Part shown: in pieces, positions 18,301-25,500 of the stretch | Layout: each line of letters begins with the position of its first letter | Position numbering within the stretch: the first letter of the stretch is position 1 | Virus record (IMG/VR): IMGVR_UViG_3300030099_004448 | Coordinates: 1 to 64,000 of that record | Reading direction: 5' to 3' (one strand) | Length of the DNA: 64,000 nucleotides | Notes under the pieces: model-generated | What the model was told of the DNA's origin: nothing | The model's database searches: none | The model's input: only the letters and a program-made list of their open reading frames with translations | Program-made: the position numbers and the translations under genes

Positions 18301-20935
18301 TCCAAATGCAGGTTCCTTTGAAGAGTTCCAGATTACAGTGGAAGAAGTTCAGACGGATAAGTTTGCTGGATTCTATCCTGGTCAGTTTATCCTCTTTGAT
18401 GATTTCTCATCACAATTCAATGGATTCAGGAAGAAGTTTACTCTAACTCAAACTGAGAACGGAGTTACGGACATCGTAAGTCTTAAGAAACTAGATGGTT
18501 CTGATCTGGTTCTTGAAAATAATCTATTCATCTATGTTAACGATATTCTTCAAGAACCTAGAAAGGCATACAACTTCCGTGGATCTAGAGTTATCTTCAC
18601 TGAGGCTCCAAAACCAAACTCAACATGTACTGTCATGTTCTATAGAGGATCCAGTCTTGATGTTGAAACTGTAATCCCACCAGAAAGCATTAAGAGAGGT
18701 GATGGTGTTATTATTGCAGAGAACAGAAACGATCCTTTTGATAGAGACCAATTTGAAAGAATTGTTAAAGATATTAAAGCATCTGACGAATTCGATACAT
18801 TCTCTTACGCAAGTGTTGGTATTGATACTAATCCTGATAATGTTAGACCTTTGACCTGGAAAAAACAAGAGTTTGATAGAATTATTAATGGTTCTATCAT
18901 TTCTAAATCTAGACCAGGACTTTCTGGAAGAGTCATTCCAAATGCAAGAGTAATTAATGATGTAAAACTTACTGACACTGAAGTTTATGTTGACAACGCA
19001 TTCCCAATCTTCAGTGAACTTGACACAATTTCAGAAGATGATAGAAATATTTTTATAGTAGAAGATAGAACAACTCAAGTAGCAATCGCAACTGCAGTTG
19101 TTTCCAGTGCTTCAACTATCAGTTCTTTTGTTATTAATGATGCTGGTGTAGGATACGCTTATACTGATAGTCCAATTATTAATATTTCTTCTACTGCGAT
19201 TAAATCAAAAGACCCAATCAATGATTGGAAGACAACTTCTGGAATTGGTTCTACCACTATTACGTTTAACTCCATTGAAAAGGGCAATGTATCGATTATA
19301 GTTGGTAGTGGATCCAGATATGCATTTAGTGCTGGTTCTGACGTTTGGTTTGATAATACTCTTGGATTTGGTCATACAATCACTTTCAACTCAGTTGCAG
19401 TTGGTGGAACTAATGTTTACATGGTTGTTGGTCAATATGGTTATATTAGAAGATCTATTGGTTATGGTCAAACCATTGATACTTCCTGGACTACCATGGC
19501 ACTCAAGGAAGATAGATCAATACCCGCTCAGGGAATTGTAAACATTGTTAATAGTACATATGGAGAATCTGGTCAATCTTTCAATGATGTAGTTTATTCT
19601 CCTTTCTTGAATAAGTGGGCTGCAGTAGGAACTGCTGGATCCATCTTCAGTGCAACTGGACTTTCGACTGATAGATTTATAAGTGTAACTTCTAACTCCA
19701 TTCAGAGTATTAACAGCGTTGTTGCAACTGGTGAAGGTATTATTGCAGTTGGAAACAATGGAACTGTATTGACTTCTCCCAATGGTCAAATTTATTCATC
19801 TCTAGGAATCGCAGGATTGGCTGGATTTAATCTGAATAAGATTATTTACTCCAATGGTAAATATGTAATTTGTGGATCTGGTGGTGTTATTGCTACAGGT
19901 GATAAATTCTCGACGATCACAAAAGTTGCAACGAACTTAACTACGGAGATTGTCAGTGTTGATTATCAAGATATCTATGTTGCAATTGATGTAAATGGTG
20001 ATCTATATTATTCATTCGATGCATCAACTTGGATTCAAAGAGACGTTGCAAATGTTGGATCAAACACTTTGAAAGATCTTTCTTTTGCACCAGAATATGG
20101 TGTGGATGGTAGATACATTGTAGTTGGTTCTGGTTCTACAGTCATAATTTCTGATCAGGTGTTCAATAGAGCAACTGGAGAAACATCCCAGACTAGTGGA
20201 ATTATAACTTCTATTACTGTTACCAATGGTGGATTTGGTTATTCTCAAGATAACCCACCAGCTGTATTGGTTGAAAGTCCACGTATTAAGAAAGAGAAAA
20301 TTGATTCCATTAAAGCAGTTGGTGATTTTGGTACAATTATTGGAATTAATACATTCGGCGCAGGAACCGTTGGATTTGGAACCACGACGCCTAAGATGGA
20401 ATTTGTTCTCAAGTCTGAAACTTATGACAATAGTGCTCTTGGAATTGGTTATTCTTCACTGAATACCTTCGGTGTATCTTATTCTCAACTTTCTAAGGGT
20501 GATTATTTTGTAATTCAGAATAGTAACGTCGCAATTGGACGTACATTAGTTGGAATTACTACGCTGGATGGATTAAATGGAATGGCTAATTATCCAGATT
20601 CTATTGTCGGTATCATGCGTACCGAACAAGGATTCATTGATGGTGTCTATCGAGTTGAACACGTAACAACCGCCCAGGCGGGTATTGTTACTGTAACATG
20701 CAACTTTAACAGCAACGATGCTTCTGTTGCTGGTGAATCTATCCAAGTTTACAAAAGAGGTGCTGACGTTAGTGGAGTCAATACCAATGGATTCTATGGA
20801 CACTATAGTTGGGGTAAAATCTACGACTTTAGAAATAGAATTTTAGGAAAACCCCAGTCATTTACAGTTGATAGAGACCAAGGAATTGTTGGATTGGAGA
20901 CTGCTCCATTCGTTTACAGATCTAGGTCAATTTAA
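6302..20935 (+). CDS. gp7: Giant baseplate wedge initiator gp7 (4877 aa, multi-domain)
   Basis: Lies between gp6 and gp8. N-terminal P.F...F..FLKQYY.S and KDFYKSKGT..SYKILFKLLFG motifs, IHPSGFK motif and C-terminal YSWGKI, as in cyanomyophage gp7. Confidence 0.88.
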   Translation: MTEKRVSINEIIESLIPDFLLQDSPTFTSFLKQYYKSLDYRGGAADLAVNLKGYKNIEEFTTQNLIPFTVLQQQLTILTDTISVVSTEGWPDKNGLLKIDNEIIHYKTKTATTFEGCSRGFSGIDSIKSADNSEFLSFSSTTTDSHSAGVLVYNLSNLFLREFFIKFKSEFLPGFENRDFFEGIDIQNILTRAKDFYKSKGTDTSYKILFKLLFGEDIEIIKPQDFTLIPSDNNYFITKNVLLEKVSGGDPLLIKGSPLFQDISGIGTVSSSIYNIEYRPIDGKDFYEVSLDSADFNNLFEASGKTKLLEDVPAGSDTILVDSTVGFSKAGNVHIKPKGSDFYINVSYTDKTVNQFLGCQGINAELEVNSSIVEDKFAYSYIGFGQTSKVDFLLTNVVDSVDFSNTSNLKVDDLVTLSGFGKDLRDFREFNSWFYNIPTDHSINTVNQVSSNSYRVTLFDTIIFYIGENVSLSDKFDKTSNGTIVDIVYPSASETKKYAQEVVVQITTPNHTITDSVILSKKVTKGSHYTSQYDYISKIPTGVQNTYITPDEKNFYVASTGLPNYQIFATDTRKDLTVVGVNTTEIIDSTNHGFYDGENVYFIPTNSSAIGVDTGFYFVSYISDDKLSLSFSKADSFGNKHVSFTPSGGSVGQLFRASYENKEIQNQKLFKKFSLKEEKTFFDDKNRRSTDNKYIGMLGNGAEILSPTLFDENVYYGRLTDIEVTNSGEDYDVINPPELEVVDSQGSGCKAHVNVSGSVQEIKVLKAGVGYATKPEISIKGGNGTGCVLESNLVKTRTVLQFKPTQPGIDIAANTINFGANHNLQIGEEVIYNSNKNSNIGGLVGDAHYYVSTPTAQIVKLHSTPQDATSGINTISITGISSGFHSIESLTVKNTISTVYVKEKGEGYSNRAVKIPSENTFGNTAGINTYDSYIYARRHGFNNGDIVHYFTSDTPLSGMSTTSDYYITVLNANQFRVSVAGTIEPTSNYTEGNYVNFTDIGVGTHTFAYPKITITINATSEQGDIDIVVPELEAKILGSIDDVFVEDGGVSYGCTSQLNYHRRPDVRTKQISSRALIAPIIVDGTIVDVKIINKGHGYRLDSDIIVTGDGNFADLVPTVEDGKITSVRVLNGGVGYNNANTVLTVEARGRDAKFLGNVTNWKVNQVEKLKDQFSDEDDGFLLPSRNESLGLQFVNFFVPKKLRVQLSDNFTQNNVETPNDKVHSPIIGFAYDGNPIYGPYGYQNPLGGGIKQLQAGYEVLVDNTPGIRPTSSKFIAGFFVNDYVYTGTGDLDESNGRYCKTPEYPDGVYAYFVSQTTDQSGKSEPTFPYLIGPYFHSQPIEENFLPSINQDVDFTDHGLTRNVSQYYITSNNSKYRPIDKVDEKFKQEFRVSEIRTSGIQDTAVFSPGDNYKTGDTLVIKNRGESGSGANIAVSKIKGKTVSSFSVNETVTSGVVFDLKKSDTIECKLTDPHEILNNEIINISGISTTSSKSIEGNRSVSIRNKTTKLTADMISATGVTTTIYVNDISGFRVEDMIGIGTEVCRIIRIDPKNNSFDINRLQYPGIHTAFNDNHLISLKPTVFEIKIGPDEIPNDYVYTNEVTYFDPKVTVGTGTTGSVRSILGVGGTIVEYRTVPNSAIYIPEHKFFTGQELKYHVGLAGTSLYINNVGSGVSIPLTDGQTVYAVNLGKDHVGISTIGFTSTTGIGTQLNAAEFVNFDSSFPLVGAAHSLSTTNLEITGTIERYSASVGTAVSHGLTSSDRITFSINNREVDSISVFYNPVIRKMITGPVSFGSSDISISDNTIDLSGEQIEQGEKVVYKATTPATGLSNDKIYYVLKTDKDKIKLTEKFSDIDKNIVIDIDSVGGADHELYRINPPLRFIKNDTISFDVSDVSLSEMDLEFYEDPDFTRRLELIGNSEDGFAIERTNKPGETDAKVEIKTTNSLIPSALYYTLIPKGPTDVRKNQISRDLEVVGSNKIDIVPHSLNTDYLVTVSDNSTFLFNLLRKPSDSEKSSYNSANTTVTYTTTSKTADGPIDKLRINFAGVGYDRLPIIESIKTVNGKNANIKLISDDIGKVEKYARVKDGFDYPTDPTLSPLLSTPSVVGIKDIRTIDYIGITTGGRGYNQTPTLIVPDNTSIKLIPTLEGGSITKVDVAQNAIDFSEPLDIVTIHHSQGYDIDFFTINGSLITAELSNTDILTSGVTTAFPFDVGDEVYVEGCRLTADSDHLANFNSDVYGYKFFKVTGISTTNNTVTYDMTGIATGTFGVYEDGITLGYLVNKKQVPQFEMVLKDDVKYLSKEKVTGPTFVGRVMEGGWDNDLNQLRVGNSFGQLRDGDKLTGESSKVIGTIEYFSIFNLRSTLGVSRDKVGELDRSVGILNDFQQRISDNFYYQKFSYSIKSQLSYDKWKEPVRSLIHPSGFKEFSDFEFITQPTPQEVSVGIAKSADLKPIVVDSTSSLLVNVDKEVSFNDRIGFNMVYEEDLLPDGSTQKIYMDGGIPIKSYILSKTNKVIKIDNIDDQFDGTSVQQLDGTYADASDLLDLNRQFLIDEVLAKVNYNYVAFSTSASYDEAAFKAKTGRLVDAVSSDLKYNANSHTVSVASSYWSGGNSIGINTTETIYGFNYLRFLGQYVVNNQTPPTYYQTGTPQLFNLSVLQDPANDYFVLNHDARDLIVENKREILDKALASVAVPYPTFIIPGSTANEEQNRYAIGYKLVKENTQQIINESYNASVAQYTGIATQETKARNVLARFVDAVATDLFTGGNRYARQEALYYFDGPIPDNDKLVIKAEETNYLFNQAKEKMRLAVRNGLGVTYAASEGPPIYGVGTTVGNNELNTCQDVQNTIITLSAVVTGPIGIATLTSLPAENVGTYSTGVAKCFRDLKFIVDGVAQDIAYDSNQHTIRNTKFYFDAQGNQKTDGLVYEEAESIYIFRTAMDYMKKAVRNELYYTDDTIVPLNLPGVGASAYTASIQTDIESLVGILTVAIGNSSLASIPTVGFGTGDCANVRQSLRTYVGIATNIIGIGTDYGPGTVTYPSLSKGGIIVGLSSFKLKSDGQPLFKKTFDSSDTSIVNTVDNILTFANHNFQSGQEMVYNPLGGTRIGIATTSYATGDKDIIMEVDNISGSGVKNNGIGQPVTVTGVATVLVPAGPNTQLFNDVVGTGATNGEGVVVDVIVTYDPSSGVAISTAGSLVKAGKGFGVGEVVTIGGTFFNGSSPANDYTFTVTAVGPSGIQTEANNTYTNVPGVSVVGTGASFTITRNNTGQILDVTVSKGGSGYTNTGIVTISGANLGGAAPGDNITFIPSVLGRNTLPNTVFVLKQSDSEFKLSGLSTALPFDITSVGLGTATIQLKDPNPNTSIAIDGIVQNQLRRKNLEITLGSAVGLSTNLIQVAVGINSLVTDDIINIDNEYILVKSVGTAGTDILEVERNYLGTVGAAYTVGAATTIMSGDYNIVGDTIFFTTPPYGKIGPVGLETGSTFNGRAFSRRFDPDKTEDQNVVFDDISLAFTGIAATEFTLKVQGDTTTAAYNDVNKGTDINNNPFVFINNVFQRPRQDFTVDGSSANVLRFLTGTPSAGRISKVAITTGFGYQTPLAASGIASVGNGISGVTTSISTVAEDGQALTFSADGTKFLVGDKTGDPDAIFVGTLSTAWAIDSVSGITSVSFNHDGGIHGMVFNDDGTELWFTGTSNDSIKKITLATPYDYTTNVGTSTNTVSSADLSAIQDPVVSGPISPRGLGISSTGSYVYVLELNGIVQVKLDTPWDLDSYNVGLSTYVQVDGSNGVTEFAGGPTLDNPRGITFAHNDTYMYLVDLTLDAVLEYKLSTPGDVRTASYVRSQSAPNNPTDCFFGDNKFFVLQEESLSTLDYTGQPGTIYDVKLTGSGRGYQFKPGVSIASSIVGTAASITTVLGAGGTVTSFIVSEVGAGYSASSPVSLLVTQPTGYSNMDLHYAGVSTGIGIEATAKVKIGVGSSIVDFEIDDHGRAYKVGDKLIVPGLIQDPNAGSFEEFQITVEEVQTDKFAGFYPGQFILFDDFSSQFNGFRKKFTLTQTENGVTDIVSLKKLDGSDLVLENNLFIYVNDILQEPRKAYNFRGSRVIFTEAPKPNSTCTVMFYRGSSLDVETVIPPESIKRGDGVIIAENRNDPFDRDQFERIVKDIKASDEFDTFSYASVGIDTNPDNVRPLTWKKQEFDRIINGSIISKSRPGLSGRVIPNARVINDVKLTDTEVYVDNAFPIFSELDTISEDDRNIFIVEDRTTQVAIATAVVSSASTISSFVINDAGVGYAYTDSPIINISSTAIKSKDPINDWKTTSGIGSTTITFNSIEKGNVSIIVGSGSRYAFSAGSDVWFDNTLGFGHTITFNSVAVGGTNVYMVVGQYGYIRRSIGYGQTIDTSWTTMALKEDRSIPAQGIVNIVNSTYGESGQSFNDVVYSPFLNKWAAVGTAGSIFSATGLSTDRFISVTSNSIQSINSVVATGEGIIAVGNNGTVLTSPNGQIYSSLGIAGLAGFNLNKIIYSNGKYVICGSGGVIATGDKFSTITKVATNLTTEIVSVDYQDIYVAIDVNGDLYYSFDASTWIQRDVANVGSNTLKDLSFAPEYGVDGRYIVVGSGSTVIISDQVFNRATGETSQTSGIITSITVTNGGFGYSQDNPPAVLVESPRIKKEKIDSIKAVGDFGTIIGINTFGAGTVGFGTTTPKMEFVLKSETYDNSALGIGYSSLNTFGVSYSQLSKGDYFVIQNSNVAIGRTLVGITTLDGLNGMANYPDSIVGIMRTEQGFIDGVYRVEHVTTAQAGIVTVTCNFNSNDASVAGESIQVYKRGADVSGVNTNGFYGHYSWGKIYDFRNRILGKPQSFTVDRDQGIVGLETAPFVYRSRSI

Positions 20936-20939
20936 TTCA

Positions 20940-20946
20940 ATAAATA
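20940..20946 (+). promoter_or_regulatory. T4-type late promoter (ATAAATA)
   Basis: Intergenic, upstream of gp8. Confidence 0.65.
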
Positions 20947-20976
20947 CTAAGAAGGAAACCCCCTGTTTGTTCTAAA

Positions 20977-22572
20977 ATGCCTGCAATTATATCGGATCAA
21001 TTTAGGATTCTTAACGCCGAGAATTTCGTAAAGAACATCACCGGCGCTGCGAGTACTACTGATAAGTATTATACGTTCATTGGTATGCCCAATGCCTTGG
21101 AACCGCAGGCAGGTGGCACATCAGATTGGCCAACTAATACTCCATCTCCATTAGATGGATTTAAAGAAGAAAACGAAATCAAGCAATCAATTATTGCAAT
21201 GAAACAAATTACGTCGCAAGACGTAAGAAGACTTTGTAGAAAGATTGAATGGGTTTCGGGTACAACATATGAAATGTATAGACACGATTACAGTGTCTAT
21301 AATAGAACTCCAGTTAATGAAGCAACTTCATTATATCAATCAAATTATTATGTTATTAACGATGATTTGAGAGTTTATATTTGTCTGCAGAATGGCACTG
21401 ATCCAGAAAATCCTGCAGGAAAACCATCATACGATGTACCCAATTTCATCGATTTAGAACCAAGAGCTGCAGGTACTTCTGGTGACGGTTATATTTGGAA
21501 ATATTTGTTTACTATCAAACCATCCGAAATTGTAAAGTTCGACTCTATCGAATATATTCCAGTTCCTGAGAATTGGGGTAGTTCCACTGAAACTGCATCT
21601 ACTAAGAATAATGCAGTTGACGGTAAAGTGGAAACAATTATTATTGATAATAGAGGTTCCAACTATCAGCCAATTTCCACATCTTTCTCAAACGTACCAA
21701 TCTTAGGTGATGGTACTGGAGGAAAAGCAACTATTACTATCGATTCCTTTGGAAAGGTTTCTGAAGTATTTGTAACTGATGGTGGTAAAGATTACACTTA
21801 TGGAACCATTCAGTTTTATCCTGGTGCTCCAGAATCAAATGCTGGAGAATCACTTGCTAACTTAGCAAATACAGGAATTGGAACAACTTCATTTGCACAA
21901 TTTAGCGTAATCATGCCACCGAAGGGAGGTCATGGTCATGATGTTTATAGAGAACTGGGTGCATATAGAGTTCTTCTCTTTTCGAGATATGAGACGATTG
22001 AAACTAATCCAGATATCATTCTCGGGAATGACTTTGCTAGAGTTGGTATTTTGAAAAATCCAACTATTCCAAATAGCAATACTGAGATATTAAGTCAAAA
22101 TATGGTTAGTGGTCTTGGTGCCCTTAAGTTATCTGGTGTCACTACAGCAACGACATATGCCGTTGATTCTGTTATTAAACAGACTGTTGGTCTTGGATCT
22201 ACTGCTATTGGATTTGTTGCTTCTTGGGATAAAACAACTGGTGTTCTTAAGTACTATCAACCAACAGGTCTAGCGTCAAGTGAATCTGGATTCAAAATTA
22301 TTCCATTCACTTCATCACCAGAACCAGGTTATGGTGTAACAATTAATTGTAATTCCATCGTAGGACCGGCTCTATCGATTGATACTGCATTCCAAGGTAT
22401 TACTACCTCAATAAATAATAAGATATACCAATTAGGTCTAGACTTTGTAGCTGGTATTGGATCTGCAGAATTTAATAAAAAGTCTGGTGAACTAATCTAC
22501 ATAGATAACAGGGCCCCAATCCCTAGATCCGCTAGCCAAAAAGAAGATATCAAAGTTGTACTGGAGTTCTAA
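20977..22572 (+). CDS. gp8: Baseplate wedge subunit gp8
   Basis: MPAIISDQFRILNA, WVSGTTYEMYRHDY, GDGYIWKYLFTI, PPKGGHG and ELIYIDNR...EDIKVVLEF motifs. Confidence 0.95.
   Translation: MPAIISDQFRILNAENFVKNITGAASTTDKYYTFIGMPNALEPQAGGTSDWPTNTPSPLDGFKEENEIKQSIIAMKQITSQDVRRLCRKIEWVSGTTYEMYRHDYSVYNRTPVNEATSLYQSNYYVINDDLRVYICLQNGTDPENPAGKPSYDVPNFIDLEPRAAGTSGDGYIWKYLFTIKPSEIVKFDSIEYIPVPENWGSSTETASTKNNAVDGKVETIIIDNRGSNYQPISTSFSNVPILGDGTGGKATITIDSFGKVSEVFVTDGGKDYTYGTIQFYPGAPESNAGESLANLANTGIGTTSFAQFSVIMPPKGGHGHDVYRELGAYRVLLFSRYETIETNPDIILGNDFARVGILKNPTIPNSNTEILSQNMVSGLGALKLSGVTTATTYAVDSVIKQTVGLGSTAIGFVASWDKTTGVLKYYQPTGLASSESGFKIIPFTSSPEPGYGVTINCNSIVGPALSIDTAFQGITTSINNKIYQLGLDFVAGIGSAEFNKKSGELIYIDNRAPIPRSASQKEDIKVVLEF
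22411..22417 (+). promoter_or_regulatory. Possible gene-internal late promoter (ATAAATA) for the VrlC-like gene
   Basis: Inside the 3' end of gp8, about 160 nt before the next ATG. Confidence 0.35.
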
Positions 22573-22578
22573 ATCAAC

Positions 22579-25500
22579 ATGGCACAGAATATCAATCTAA
22601 ACGCTTCTCCATACTTTGACGATTTTGATGCGTCAAATAGTTATCAGAGGGTTTTATTCAAGCCAGGAACTCCTATTCAGGCAAGAGAACTTACTACCCT
22701 ACAGTCAATTCTACAAGATCAAGTAGAACAGTTTGGTAAACACTTCTTTAAAGAAGGATCAGTCGTAATTCCTGGTCAAATTGCATATGACCCAGACTAT
22801 TTTTATGTTCAAATTGATGCAAACCACTTAGGAGTTCCAGTAGAAATTTATTTGGATGCTTTGGTTGGTCAAACAATCAAAGGCCAAATTAGTGGTGTCA
22901 AGGCAAAAGTTGTAAATTACATTACCTCAAATACATCTGAAAGAGGAAATGCAACTCTTTATGTAAAATATTCAACTGGCAGTGAGAATGATGAGGGTGT
23001 TAATGGAAATCAAAAAACCGTTTTTGATGCTGGTGAAAATCTTGTAGTTACTCAAGACGTAAAGTATTCACTATCTACTATTAGATCTGAGTCTACTTTT
23101 GCTACTACTCTTCTTACCGATTCAGTCGGCGAGGGTTCTGTTGCAAAAATTGCAGAAGGTGTCTATTTTATTAGAGGATTTTTTGTAAATGTTCCTGCTC
23201 AAGAAGTAATTCTTGATCAATATGGAGATACTCCTTCCTATAGGGTTGGTCTCTTTATAAATGAAGAAATTACGGTTGCATCTACAGAGAATCCAGATCT
23301 ATTTGATAATGCAAGAGGATTCTCAAACTTTGCTGCACCAGGTGCAGATAGACTAAAAATAACTACAACTCTAATTAAAAAGAGTTTAGATGATCTAAAT
23401 GATGAGGATTTTATTGAATTATTGAGAATTGAAAATGGTATAGTTCAAAAATTTGTAAAAGATAATCCATATAATATTCTTAATGATGAGTTAGCTAGAA
23501 GAACATATGATGAATCGGGTCACTATTATGTAACTCCTTTCTCGATTGAAGTAAAAGAATCTCTAAATGATCAAATTGGAAATGATGGTGTTTATTTGCC
23601 AAATCAACAAACACAATCTGGAATAACTCCTTCTGACGATTTTATATCTTTACAAATTTCCCCAGGTAAAGCATATGTTAGAGGATATGAAATAGAAACA
23701 ATTAGCACCACCTCTCTTGATGTACCTAAAGCCAGAACTACAGAATTAAAAGAAAATTCAAGTATTCCATTCACTCTGGGTAGACAATTTGAACTGAATA
23801 ATGTTCATGGTTCTCTACCAGTAGGATTCTCAACGTCAACAGTTTCATTACGTTCGGAAAGAACTGCAAGTGGGGGAACTGCAGCGGGTCTCGAAATTGG
23901 TGTTGCAAGAGTTTATGATTTAAAACTCAAAAATGCTGATTATCAAAATGATGCTACTCCATTCGTAGTATCATTATACGACGTACAGACTTATAATTAT
24001 ATCAATCTTAACTCTACCATTGATTTAACACTACCAGCTTATATCGAAGGTAAGAATAGTAGTGCTCATGGATACCTTGTAGAAGCAGTATCTGGAAGCA
24101 ACCAATTGAAATTGTATCAGGTATCTGGTACTTTTATTCCTAACGAACAGATTAAAATTAATGGTGAAGATGATTCCAGAACCATTAAAGATGTAAGAGA
24201 TTACAGCATGAATGATGTTAAACAACTTCATTCTAGCACCGCAGCATTCACTGCAGATGTTCTTCTGAACAGAGGTATTGCTATTGCTCCTCAAGGAGAT
24301 CAATTTAGTATTACTTCTGGTGGTGTAATTAAATCACCAAATCAAACATTTAGTGTAGGTATTCAAACGGGTGATATTGTTGCATATGCACAAGAAGGCG
24401 ATACTGTACCTACTTTTAACAAAGTAACTGCCGTGAGTGCATCTGCAAAAACAGTTACAGTAAGTGCTACTACATCGGTCACTGGAGTTTCTAATGGTGC
24501 TTTACCTGGTGGTACAATTACAGTAACTAATGTTTTAAAACTAGTTCCTCAGGAATTTAATCTTAATGAAGCATATCTCTATGCACCTCTTGAAGAAATC
24601 AATGTTTCTGATACTAACCTATCGGAGTCTAATATTGTAGTCAGAAAGGCATATGATGTTACCATCTCTGGTAATGGTTTAAATCAGACTCTTGAAACTG
24701 ATAACAGTATGACTCTGGAACCATTTGATGAGGAGGATTATAACCTTACTTATACTAGCACTGGTGCAATTGAAAGTCTTGATAATAGTAAGTTGACTGT
24801 AAATGGTAGAACTATTACGTTACAAGATCTTAGTGTGGCTAGTGGTTCTGCAAGATTAACAGTAACTTTCAAGAAGAAAGATCTTACTCCAAAGAGTAAA
24901 GTATATAATAGAAATGCCGTATTGATTGTAGATAAGTCTTCTAAGGAAGGTTCTGGTACTGCAACCACTTCATTCCAAGATGGTCTTACTTTTGGTAAAA
25001 TATTTGGAACTAGAGTTCAAGATAAACAAATTTCTCTTAATGTACCAGATGTTCAGGACGTTCTTGCTGTATTTGAGTCTAATGACGAGAATGAACCAGA
25101 ACTACCAAAACTCACACTAACCAACTTCAATGCTAATATTCTCAATACTATAAAAGGCGAGTATATTAGGGGTGAAACTAGTGGAGCGGTTGCTACAGTT
25201 GTTGTTAATAACGCAACAAATCAAGTAGATTTTGTTTATCTAAACGAGCAGTCTTTCCAGGTAGACGAAAAAGTAACTTTTGCAGAATCGCAAGTTACCG
25301 CAAATGTTTCTGCAATTTCTGTTGGTGATAGAGATATTCTTCCAAACTTTAGTTTGGTTCCAAATCAAAAACCACAATTCTGTGATTACTCTTTCCTAGA
25401 AAGAAACAGCGATAGTGCTCCGCCAACCAGAAAGTTAAAAATTATTTTTAATCACTATGTTCTAAATGCTGATGATCCTGGCGACTTCGTAACCGTAGAT

